A stretch of 54,481 bases of DNA from Dysgonamonadaceae bacterium (GCA_029975415.1 JARKPE010000078.1:1-54481); one strand, 5' to 3'. Shown: positions 1-8,321, counted from the stretch's first letter. Program-made: numbers and translations. Notes: a model not told the origin generated them from the sequence alone.

Positions 1-141
1 CTTGAACATGATTTCTTGATCTTTTACGGGATACAATATACGATTTTTTTGTCTGATAACAATGGATTTTAAGCGCGTTTTATCAACAAAAACGAATGTA
101 AAACAACAAAATTATAGTTGCCGACTTTTTAAAGTGGACTC
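1..141 (-). mobile_element. Probable end of an insertion sequence; putative transposase start (ATG TTC AAG, MFK...) at 9..1 runs off the window
   Basis: The MBL-fold ORF loses recognisable similarity after ...AAAAATAA at 142. The minus strand then reads GAGTCCACTTTAAAAAGTCGG (imperfect dyad, terminal-repeat-like), a promoter-like TATATTGT at 33-40, and an ATG at 9. The other end is not visible. Confidence 0.55.
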
Positions 142-359
142 TTATTTTTCTTTTCTTTCCACGATAGAATTTCCGGATTGAAATGGTCGGGATGAGAATG
201 CGAACAAAATACATATAAATCCTCAGGTTTTTTCAGCAAATAATCCTGTACAAAATAAATTCCATCGGATTTCTTTGCATCTTTATAAAAATCGAAAACA
301 ATCGAAAATCTTTCGGTTTCGATCGCGTAGCCACTATGAAAAATATAAGTTACAATCAT
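129..359 (-). pseudogene. 5' fragment of an MBL-fold metallo-hydrolase, truncated
   Basis: TYIFHSGYAIE start and HSHPDH (HxHxDH) motif, but it stops at 76 aa. Neither alternative frame continues the fold. Confidence 0.75.
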
Positions 360-430
360 AATATATTCCGGAAAGCCTTTTTGAATAATAACAATTTTGT
401 GGCAAAATGTTCATTTCATTCGATATAAAA

Positions 431-461
431 TTTGATAAAAAGAAGGAAACACTTACTTTTG
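431..461 (+). promoter_or_regulatory. Bacteroidetes housekeeping promoter for the GH109 gene
   Basis: TTTG (431-434), N19, TACTTTTG (454-461): exact -33/-7 consensus spacing. Confidence 0.65.
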
Positions 462-616
462 TGTTAGCGGCAAAAAAATGCAAACACCCTAATTTACTTT
501 TTCACGAACAAATAATACGGAGATGCTCTTTTCATACATCACGTTTTTTAGAAGAAAAAAGATCGTATTGAAGAAAGTGATCAACGATATTTTAAACCAA
601 ACAACCAACCATTATC

Positions 617-2011
617 ATGAGTACAAGACGCGATTTCTTAAAAACGGCCACTATTGCCGGTGCAGGAATAGCTGCAACCCCTATCGCGAGCGCAATCGAA
701 AAAGCTTCTATTGTTGCTCCGCAAAAGCAAAGAACATACACGAAAGACGGAAAAATCAGGGTCGGATTCATTGGGACTGGATTTCGTTCGCAAGAACACT
801 TTAACAATGTATTGTCGTTCGACGATGCCAAAATCGTGGCGATTTGCGATGTTTCCGACTTTTCGCTCGGCATGACCAAAGAAACCTTTAAACGAAAGGG
901 AAAAGATCTTCCTAAAATTTACAAAGGGGGTGAACATGAATATGAAAAAATGCTTGCCAACGAAGAATTCGATATAGTACTGATAGCCAGTCCGTGGGAA
1001 TGGCATGTGCCCATGTCGGTTGCAGCTATGAAAGCCGGAGTGCCATACGTAGGAGTGGAAGTTTCGGCTGCCAACACAATGGACGAATGCTGGGATTTAG
1101 TGAACACTTCCGAAGAAACCGGTTCGCAACTCATGATTCTCGAAAACGTGTGCTATCGCCGTGATGTGATGGCTACTCTCAAGATGGTTCGCGAAGGTCT
1201 TTTTGGAGAATTGATTCACTGCCGTTGCGGATATGAACACGATTTGCGTGCTGTAAAATTCAACGACGGCAAATCGTATTCGTACGTTCCGGGCACCGAA
1301 CTGAAAATGGGACCGGGAGCTATCGGCGAAGCCGTGTGGCGAACTTTCCATTCGGTGAAACGAAACGGAGACCTATACCCTACTCACGGCATCGGACCTG
1401 TGGGCACTTGGCTCAACATCAACCGAGGTAATCTATTCGTTTCGCTTTCGTCAATGGCAACCAAAGGTCGTGGATTACACAAGTTTATCATCGACAATGG
1501 CGGTACTAATCATCCATATGCAAAAATTAATTTTAAACTGGGCGATATCGTTACTACCATGATCAACACAGTGAGAGGCGAAACCATTATAGTAACACAC
1601 GATACCAACTCTCCCCGACCCTATTCACTCGGCTTTCGTCTGCAGGGAACTGAAGGTTTGTGGTACAATGACGGCGACACGATTTACATCGAAGGAAAAT
1701 CGAAACCTCATCAGTGGGACAAATCAAGCGACTGGTTTGCAAAATACGATCATTCGATGTGGAAAAAATATGGTGATTCGGCGCAAAATGCCGGTCATGG
1801 CGGAATGGACTACGTCATGATGATGGACTTGTTTAATGCCGTGCGTGAAAACAAACCTGTCCCACTGGACTGCTACGATGCAGCAGCCTGGAGCGCCATT
1901 TCGGCACTATCGGAACAATCGATCGCCAACGGCGGCAAACTGATGGATTTTCCCGATTTCACTCGAGGCAAATGGATCAATCGCAAACCCCATTTCGCAA
2001 CGGAAATTTAA
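617..2011 (+). CDS. Gfo/Idh/MocA family NAD-dependent glycosidase, GH109 (alpha-N-acetylgalactosaminidase-like), Tat-exported
   Basis: Twin-arginine signal TRRDFLK, Rossmann GFIGTGFR, ENVCYRR, YPTHG and GHGGMD motifs of GH109. Confidence 0.85.
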   Translation: MSTRRDFLKTATIAGAGIAATPIASAIEKASIVAPQKQRTYTKDGKIRVGFIGTGFRSQEHFNNVLSFDDAKIVAICDVSDFSLGMTKETFKRKGKDLPKIYKGGEHEYEKMLANEEFDIVLIASPWEWHVPMSVAAMKAGVPYVGVEVSAANTMDECWDLVNTSEETGSQLMILENVCYRRDVMATLKMVREGLFGELIHCRCGYEHDLRAVKFNDGKSYSYVPGTELKMGPGAIGEAVWRTFHSVKRNGDLYPTHGIGPVGTWLNINRGNLFVSLSSMATKGRGLHKFIIDNGGTNHPYAKINFKLGDIVTTMINTVRGETIIVTHDTNSPRPYSLGFRLQGTEGLWYNDGDTIYIEGKSKPHQWDKSSDWFAKYDHSMWKKYGDSAQNAGHGGMDYVMMMDLFNAVRENKPVPLDCYDAAAWSAISALSEQSIANGGKLMDFPDFTRGKWINRKPHFATEI

Positions 2012-2181
2012 CAGAAAATAAATATTCTTCTAAGTTTTCACAACATTTCGACTCTGAAATAGGTTGAAATACGAACTAATTGTGCACGAAAATGTTTATA
2101 TATTGCACATTTTTTGTATTTTTGTGCAGATTTTATTATTAAACAATTCTGTTTTTCAGATTACAAAAAGAAAACTAAAAG

Positions 2182-3039
2182 ATGAATCACAACTTATTGA
2201 AAGGCAAACGAGGCATCATTTTCGGTGCATTAAACGACATGTCCATCGCTTGGAAAGTTGCCGAGAGAGCCGTTGAAGAAGGAGCAACCATCACCTTGTC
2301 CAACACGCCCGTGGCTGTTCGTATGGGCGATACTGCGAAATTAGGAGAAAAACTCAATGCCGAAATTCTGCCTGCAGATGCTACGAACGTAGAAGATCTC
2401 GAAATGGTATTTTCGAAATCCGTAGAGATTTTGGGAGGAAAGATCGATTTCTTGCTTCACTCTATCGGTATGTCACCCAACGTGCGCAAAAAACGGACAT
2501 ACGATGATCTGGATTACGACATGTTCATGAAGACGCTCGATATTTCGGCCATCTCATTTCACAAAATGCTTCAAGTTGCACGCAAATTGGACGCTATAGC
2601 AGAGGGAGGATCCGTGCTTGCGCTTTCGTATGTGGCTGCACAACGCACATTTTACGGTTATAACGACATGGCCGATGCCAAAGCATTGCTGGAATCTATC
2701 GCACGCAGTTTCGGCTACATTTACGGTCGCGAAAAAGGGGTTCGTATCAACACTATTTCTCAATCACCCACGATGACAACCGCCGGTAGCGGTGTGAAAG
2801 GAATGGAAGATTTGATGGACTTTTCCAACAGAATGTCACCTCTAGGAAATGCGGATGCCGATGACTGTGCTGACTACTGTATCGTAATGTTTTCGGATCT
2901 TACCCGAAAAGTTACCATGCAAAACCTTTATAACGACGGTGGATTTTCGAGCATGGGCATGAGCCTTCGAGCCATGAAGCAATATAGTAACGGACTTGAT
3001 GAAGCACGTGACCAAAACGGACAAATCATTTACGGATAG
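2182..3039 (+). CDS. fabI: Enoyl-ACP reductase (NADH)
   Basis: LKGKRGIIFGALNDMSIAW and YNDMADAKALLES: Bacteroidetes FabI signature. Confidence 0.92.
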   Translation: MNHNLLKGKRGIIFGALNDMSIAWKVAERAVEEGATITLSNTPVAVRMGDTAKLGEKLNAEILPADATNVEDLEMVFSKSVEILGGKIDFLLHSIGMSPNVRKKRTYDDLDYDMFMKTLDISAISFHKMLQVARKLDAIAEGGSVLALSYVAAQRTFYGYNDMADAKALLESIARSFGYIYGREKGVRINTISQSPTMTTAGSGVKGMEDLMDFSNRMSPLGNADADDCADYCIVMFSDLTRKVTMQNLYNDGGFSSMGMSLRAMKQYSNGLDEARDQNGQIIYG

Positions 3040-3084
3040 TTCTTCTTTCAGGAAGATATCTTATCTCATCTGCCGATCCGTGGC

Positions 3085-3123
3085 AAAAAATAACTCTGAA
3101 AGTCTATTCAGAGTTATTTTTTT
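3085..3123 (+). terminator. Intrinsic terminator after fabI (symmetric A/T tails)
   Basis: AAAAAATAACTCTGAA-agtcta-TTCAGAGTTATTTTTT perfect inverted repeat. Confidence 0.75.
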
Positions 3124-3140
3124 ATACATTTGCATTCATT

Positions 3141-3749
3141 ATGTTGATAAAAATATATCCTGACAATCCCAATCCGCGCGAAATAGACAAAGTAGTTTCG
3201 GTGCTCAACGACGGTGGAATTATCATTTATCCCACCGACACGCTTTATGCCATCGGGTGCGATGCACTCAACGTTCGTGCCGTGGAAAAAATATGTGCTC
3301 TCAAAGGCATCAATCCGCAAAAAAGCAACCTTTCGATTATTTGCAGTGATTTAAGCTCAATCAGTGAATATGCCAAAGTGGACACACCTACCTTTAAGTT
3401 GATGAAGCGCAATCTTCCGGGACCATTTACGTTTATTTTGCCCACTACTTCATCCCTTCCAAAAATTTATAAAAACAAAAAAACCGTCGGAATCCGTGTA
3501 CCTGACAATAATATTGTCCGCGAAATGGTTTCTCAATTGGGGAATCCTATCCTGAGCACATCGGTGTCGCAAGGCGACGATGAAATAGAATATCTGACCG
3601 ACCCAGAATTGATTCACGAAAAATGGTCGTCTGTTGCCGATATTGTCATTGACGGAGGTACGGGTGGCATAGAACCTTCGACCGTAATTGACTGCACCGG
3701 CGATGAACCTGTGATTATCCGTCAGGGAAAAGGCGTTTTAATATTGTAA
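3141..3749 (+). CDS. Sua5/YciO/YrdC family L-threonylcarbamoyladenylate synthase
   Basis: IIYPTDTLYAIGC, PGPFTFIL, VGIRVP and PSTVID motifs. TACATTTG -7 element at 3125-3132. Confidence 0.9.
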   Translation: MLIKIYPDNPNPREIDKVVSVLNDGGIIIYPTDTLYAIGCDALNVRAVEKICALKGINPQKSNLSIICSDLSSISEYAKVDTPTFKLMKRNLPGPFTFILPTTSSLPKIYKNKKTVGIRVPDNNIVREMVSQLGNPILSTSVSQGDDEIEYLTDPELIHEKWSSVADIVIDGGTGGIEPSTVIDCTGDEPVIIRQGKGVLIL

Positions 3750-3772
3750 AAAAGTTCAATCGTATAACTCTT

Positions 3773-5326
3773 ATGAAAAAAAATTTATTTCCTGGCATCA
3801 TCGCAGCGTTGTTTTTATTCATGCTGACATCCTGTGAAAAAGATTCTCCCATTGATACGTCTAGTGATGAAATAAACATTGTTTCGCAGTTTGTTTACGA
3901 CGGAATGTCCACTTATTATCTGTGGGCAAGCGAAGTAGCAAACAAAAAACCTACGGTTGCCGACACCGATCCCGAAGCATATTTCTACAGTATTCTGAAT
4001 AGTACCGACACCCGGTATGGTTGGTCGTGGATAACAGATGACGTTCAATCTTTGCTCAACGATTTTGCCGGTACTCCAAAAGCATCGGGTGCTCCTTCGT
4101 TTACATTTATGTATGCAAATTCGCAAAAAACGCAATATTACGCAATTGTTAATTATGTATTTCCTAATACTCCCGCATCAAATGCCGGATTGAAACGACT
4201 GGATATCATCGGTCAAATCGACGGTCAACCAATTACCAATAGCAACTACGGAAAGCTTTACGGAAGTGATCCCGTAACTTTTTCAATTTACAAACTTACT
4301 GCAAGCGACATTGTAAAAGACAGAGACATTTCAATCACGCCCACAGTTATCAGCACCAATCCTGTCCTTCTGGACAGTGTATATGAAATAGGAAACAAAA
4401 AAATCGGTTATCTGTTTTACACGGATTTTATATCCGTATTTAATAATTCCTTATACCAAGAATTTTCAAAATTCAAATCGGCCAAGATAACCGATTTGGT
4501 TCTGGATCTACGGTACAATCACGGTGGTGCAATCACGGCAGCCACCTACTTGAGCTCACTCGTTGCCCCTATGAATTATGTGCAATCTAAATCGACATTG
4601 GTTAAACTTACTTACAACAATGATTTGAATAATTATTTTGATACCCATAATTATAGCAGAAGTTATTTGTTGGGTGAGTATGACAAGACTTCAGAACAAA
4701 ATCCTATCACAAATAATCTCGATTTGCCGCGTATCTATATTATTGCTACACACGATTCGTATTCGGCTGCCGAACTAATCACCTTTTGTCTGATGCCTTA
4801 CATGAATGTTGTACACATTGGCAACAAAACCGGCGGTAAATATACGGCTTCGTGGACACTTCACGCCTATGACGATGATTTAGGCCTTACAGTTTATGGA
4901 TCGAATTCTCTATTTAAAATACCCAAAGTTCTTTTGCCCAACGAAAAAGAAACACTCAAAAATTGGGCTATGCAGCCCGTTGTAGCTTTTTATAGCGATA
5001 AATACGAACAAAATTTTTCTGCAACAGATGGATTAATACCCGCAGCCGTGAACACATTTGACGAAGGTTTTGGATATATCGACTATTGGACTCAATTGGG
5101 TGATACAAAAGATGTGTTTTTAGGACATGCACTTTACTTGATTACCGGAGACACTTCCTACAAACCGGTACTGCCGACAAAAGCAGCAAGAACAGTTGAT
5201 TTGCCGATTCTTTCGAAACAAAAACTAAACAATCCGAAAGATGTCAAGATGCAGTCGGTAATTTTGGATAAAATTGAAATGCCCTCCGGAAAATTAAGAT
5301 CAATCACCGATGAACTAAGGAAATAA
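3773..5326 (+). CDS. S41 family (C-terminal processing) peptidase lipoprotein with PDZ domain
   Basis: Lipobox LTSC, PDZ-like PASNAGLKRLD, DLRYNHGG, catalytic Ser in SYSAAE and Lys in TGGK. Confidence 0.85.
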   Translation: MKKNLFPGIIAALFLFMLTSCEKDSPIDTSSDEINIVSQFVYDGMSTYYLWASEVANKKPTVADTDPEAYFYSILNSTDTRYGWSWITDDVQSLLNDFAGTPKASGAPSFTFMYANSQKTQYYAIVNYVFPNTPASNAGLKRLDIIGQIDGQPITNSNYGKLYGSDPVTFSIYKLTASDIVKDRDISITPTVISTNPVLLDSVYEIGNKKIGYLFYTDFISVFNNSLYQEFSKFKSAKITDLVLDLRYNHGGAITAATYLSSLVAPMNYVQSKSTLVKLTYNNDLNNYFDTHNYSRSYLLGEYDKTSEQNPITNNLDLPRIYIIATHDSYSAAELITFCLMPYMNVVHIGNKTGGKYTASWTLHAYDDDLGLTVYGSNSLFKIPKVLLPNEKETLKNWAMQPVVAFYSDKYEQNFSATDGLIPAAVNTFDEGFGYIDYWTQLGDTKDVFLGHALYLITGDTSYKPVLPTKAARTVDLPILSKQKLNNPKDVKMQSVILDKIEMPSGKLRSITDELRK

Positions 5327-5360
5327 TGAAAAAACAAAACGAGTATTTGTTTTCCCGCTG

Positions 5361-6356
5361 CTAATCAAGACTTATCCTATCGAATTTTTCGGGAATTTCG
5401 TCTATGATCGCAAACAATTCTTCGAGAGTATTGGCTCGCAACATGGCAATGCGTGTCGGCTTAAAATCGGGAATACCCTTAAATAAGGGGGTTGCCGCCA
5501 AATGACGACGAATATGCAATATGCCTCGTCGCTCATCCAATCGTTCTACACTTTGCAGCACTTGTTGCTTGAGTACATCGAGATACCATCGAAACGATTC
5601 TCGAGGAAGAATTTCGCCGGTCGTAAGGTAATGTTTCACTTCACGAAAAATCCACGGTCTTCCGAAGCTGGCACGACCTATCATTACGGCATCCACTCCG
5701 GTTTCGTCAAATCGTTTTTTAGCAACCTCCGCCGAGTCAATATCGCCGTTGCCGATAATGGGAATGTGCATTCGTGGATTGTTCTTCACTTCCCCTATCA
5801 GCGTCCAGTCGGCTTCGCCGGTGTACATTTGTGCGCGCGTACGTCCGTGAATGGTGAGTGCAGCAATACCACAATCTTGCAACTGTTCGGCCAATGAAAC
5901 AATGATTTTCGAATGTTCATCCCAACCCAAACGCGTTTTCACCGTAACCGGTTTTTTGACCGCTTTAACCACCTTTTCGGTAATTTCGAGCATTAGTTCA
6001 GGCGTTTTAAGCATTCCGGAACCGGCACCTTTGCCTGCAACTTTTTTCACCGGACAACCAAAATTTATATCGATTACATCAGGATCTGCCTCCTCACAAA
6101 TTTTGGCAGCTTCTACCATCGCATCCGGATCGCGTCCGTAGATCTGGATAGCAACAGGACGTTCGTCATCGCTAATTACAAGTTTTTCTCTGGTTTTTTT
6201 TACTTCTCTAACCAAAGCGTCGCTCGAAACAAATTCGGTATAAACCATGTCGGCCCCGAATTGTTTGCATAAAAGTCTAAAACCTATATCTGTTACATCC
6301 TCCATCGGAGCCAAAAAAACCGGGAAGCGAGAAAACTCTATTTCTCCTATTTTCAT
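5361..6356 (-). CDS. dusB: tRNA-dihydrouridine synthase B
   Basis: LAPMEDVTD, DINFGCPVKKV, IHGRT, GNGDI and VMIGRA motifs. Confidence 0.93.
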   Translation of the reverse strand: MKIGEIEFSRFPVFLAPMEDVTDIGFRLLCKQFGADMVYTEFVSSDALVREVKKTREKLVISDDERPVAIQIYGRDPDAMVEAAKICEEADPDVIDINFGCPVKKVAGKGAGSGMLKTPELMLEITEKVVKAVKKPVTVKTRLGWDEHSKIIVSLAEQLQDCGIAALTIHGRTRAQMYTGEADWTLIGEVKNNPRMHIPIIGNGDIDSAEVAKKRFDETGVDAVMIGRASFGRPWIFREVKHYLTTGEILPRESFRWYLDVLKQQVLQSVERLDERRGILHIRRHLAATPLFKGIPDFKPTRIAMLRANTLEELFAIIDEIPEKFDRISLD

Positions 6357-6739
6357 TTTGAAGAAGTTTTTGTTTGAGCGTAATTTTTCAACTTATTCCC
6401 CCACTCCATTTCATCGAATCCGACTAAAACAAAATCATCGGCTACAAGAATTGGCCTTTTGAGCAACTTCCCGTTTTGTGCCAATAAACGAACGAGTTCT
6501 TCTTTAGAAGCCGTTTTGACAATATTTTTCAGATTATTCTCTTTATAAACCTGACCTGAAGTATTGAAAAATTTGTGAATTGACAATCCGCTTTTTTCAA
6601 TCCATTCCGAAAGCTCTTTTTCCGAAGGATTTTCATCAACAATGTGACGAGAAACAACTTCTATATTATTTTCTTTAAGCCATTTAGCAGCTTTACGACA
6701 TGTTCCGCATAGCGGATATTGCAAAAAAAGAAGCTTCAT
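6353..6739 (-). CDS. ArsC/Spx/MgsR family protein (arsenate reductase-like)
   Basis: YPLCGTCRKA (CxxC), FFNTSG and LLKRPIL. Stop overlaps the dusB start (ATGA). Confidence 0.88.
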   Translation of the reverse strand: MKLLFLQYPLCGTCRKAAKWLKENNIEVVSRHIVDENPSEKELSEWIEKSGLSIHKFFNTSGQVYKENNLKNIVKTASKEELVRLLAQNGKLLKRPILVADDFVLVGFDEMEWGNKLKNYAQTKTSSK

Positions 6740-7252
6740 ACTTTACTGAAATTATTGGTAAAATATACTTGAAACATAAAAAATAGTTTCCATTTTCGAT
6801 ACACAAAAAACACAGATAGATAGTTTTTGTTCAACCGCAGAATCATCGACAAAAAATGTTGATAACATGTCGAACGTGTGTTCAATAAAAAATCATATTT
6901 CGATTTGCAAAATTCAAAAAAATTTTAAACGCAATAAACTTTTATTCTAAGAACAAAAGTTGAAAAAATTTCTCACTTTTTCATTCATGAGTTTTCAACT
7001 GTCACTCGTAACAAATAAGAAATAAATTATTAACTTTGCGAGATATAAACAGATGTTGATAAAATTTGTATTTGATTGAATTTTAAAAAATAAATCAAAG
7101 TTTATATTGTTAATTATTTACGAAAAGATTGCTTCTTCTTTTCATAACTTATTTTATTGGAAAAGTAAAAAAAGTAATCAACAATTTCAACAGGTTATCA
7201 TATTCATCATACCTTTTTTAGATTTTGAAAAAAATAAATATAAAAGTTGAAA
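6740..7252. other. Putative chromosomal replication origin (oriC)
   Basis: Largest intergenic gap in the window and very AT-rich. DnaA-box-like 9-mers: TTATCAACA (rc 6857-6865, rc 7054-7062), TTTTCAACT (rc 6958-6966, 6992-7000), TTATTAACA (rc 7108-7116), TAATCAACA+ATTTCAACA (7175-7192). These are followed by GG, period-3 repeats and an AT tract. Confidence 0.65.
7031..7038 (+). promoter_or_regulatory. -7 promoter element (TAACTTTG), probably for nadA
   Basis: Exact TAnnTTTG match followed by CG, oriented towards nadA. Confidence 0.5.
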
Positions 7253-8197
7253 ATGAAAAAGGAATTTCTCATCGACGAAATAAATAAAATCAGAAAAGAT
7301 AAAAATGCAATCATATTAGCCCATTATTACCAAGAACCAGAAATACAGGATATTGCAGATTTTGTCGGCGATAGTTTGGCATTAGCACAATGGGCTTCAA
7401 AGACTTCGGCGGATATCATTGTTTTGTGTGGTGTGCATTTTATGGGAGAAACAGCTAAAATATTGTGTCCCGAAAAACGAGTTTTTATTCCTGACGTTGC
7501 TGCAGGTTGTTCGCTCGCTGAAAGCTGTCCTGCTGATGAATTTAAAAAGTTTGTAGAAGAGCATCCCGATCACACGGTAATTTCGTATGTAAATACCACT
7601 GCCGTCGTGAAAGCGCTTACCGATATTGTTGTAACTTCAACTAATGCGCGACAGATAGTAGAATCGTTACCTGTGAACGAGAAAATCATTTTCGGTCCCG
7701 ATAGGAATTTGGGTGATTACATCAATAAACTCACAGGCAGACATATGCTTTTGTGGAATGGTGCTTGTCATGTACATCAACAGTTTTCGATGGATAGAAT
7801 TTTGGAGTTGAAAAAACAATATCCCGAAGCCCTATTGCTCGCTCATCCCGAATGCCCTAATTATCTGCTTCAAATAGCCGATCATATTGGATCTACATCT
7901 TCTTTATTGAAATATGCAACACAGTCCGAAAGAAAGCAATTTATAGTGGCAACCGAAGCGGGAATTTTGCATCAGATGCAAAAAAACAATCCCGAAAAAA
8001 TGTTTATCCCTGCACCTCCCGAAGATTCGACATGTGCTTGTAACGAATGTTTCTATATGAAAATGAATACATTAGAAAAACTACATGCTTGTTTGAAAAA
8101 TGAAACTCCCGAAATATTCATTGATGAGGAAATTCGCTTGAAAGCGGTAAAACCCATTGAGAGAATGCTTGAAATTTCCCAAAAGTATGGTTTGTAA
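7253..8197 (+). CDS. nadA: Quinolinate synthase
   Basis: ILAHYYQ, GDSLALA, CGVHFMGETAKIL, GCSLA, CHVH, AHPEC and CACNEC. ATG 7253 preferred over TTG 7247. Confidence 0.95.
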   Translation: MKKEFLIDEINKIRKDKNAIILAHYYQEPEIQDIADFVGDSLALAQWASKTSADIIVLCGVHFMGETAKILCPEKRVFIPDVAAGCSLAESCPADEFKKFVEEHPDHTVISYVNTTAVVKALTDIVVTSTNARQIVESLPVNEKIIFGPDRNLGDYINKLTGRHMLLWNGACHVHQQFSMDRILELKKQYPEALLLAHPECPNYLLQIADHIGSTSSLLKYATQSERKQFIVATEAGILHQMQKNNPEKMFIPAPPEDSTCACNECFYMKMNTLEKLHACLKNETPEIFIDEEIRLKAVKPIERMLEISQKYGL

Positions 8198-8246
8198 AAC
8201 CATTCGGTGTTTATGGAATGTAATTTCTTAAATCATTGTTTTTTGC

Positions 8247-8254
8247 TATCTTTG
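8247..8254 (+). promoter_or_regulatory. -7 promoter element for ychF
   Basis: TATCTTTG(CA) upstream of ychF. Confidence 0.6.
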
Positions 8255-8321
8255 CAACCCGAATTCAGTAAAAATCAATTATTTTACTGTTAATGTTTTA
8301 TACTCAAAAATTACCTAATAG

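Noticed and set aside
60-160. Programmed or sequencing frameshift rescuing the MBL gene
   Set aside because: The two alternative minus-strand frames after ...KEKKN give short unrelated peptides ending in stops; no MBL continuation.
523-1351. Short ORFs overlapping the GH109 gene (523-804, 592-879, 638-1006, 919-1134, 1097-1351)
   Set aside because: Shadow or out-of-frame ORFs of a well-supported CDS, with no motifs.
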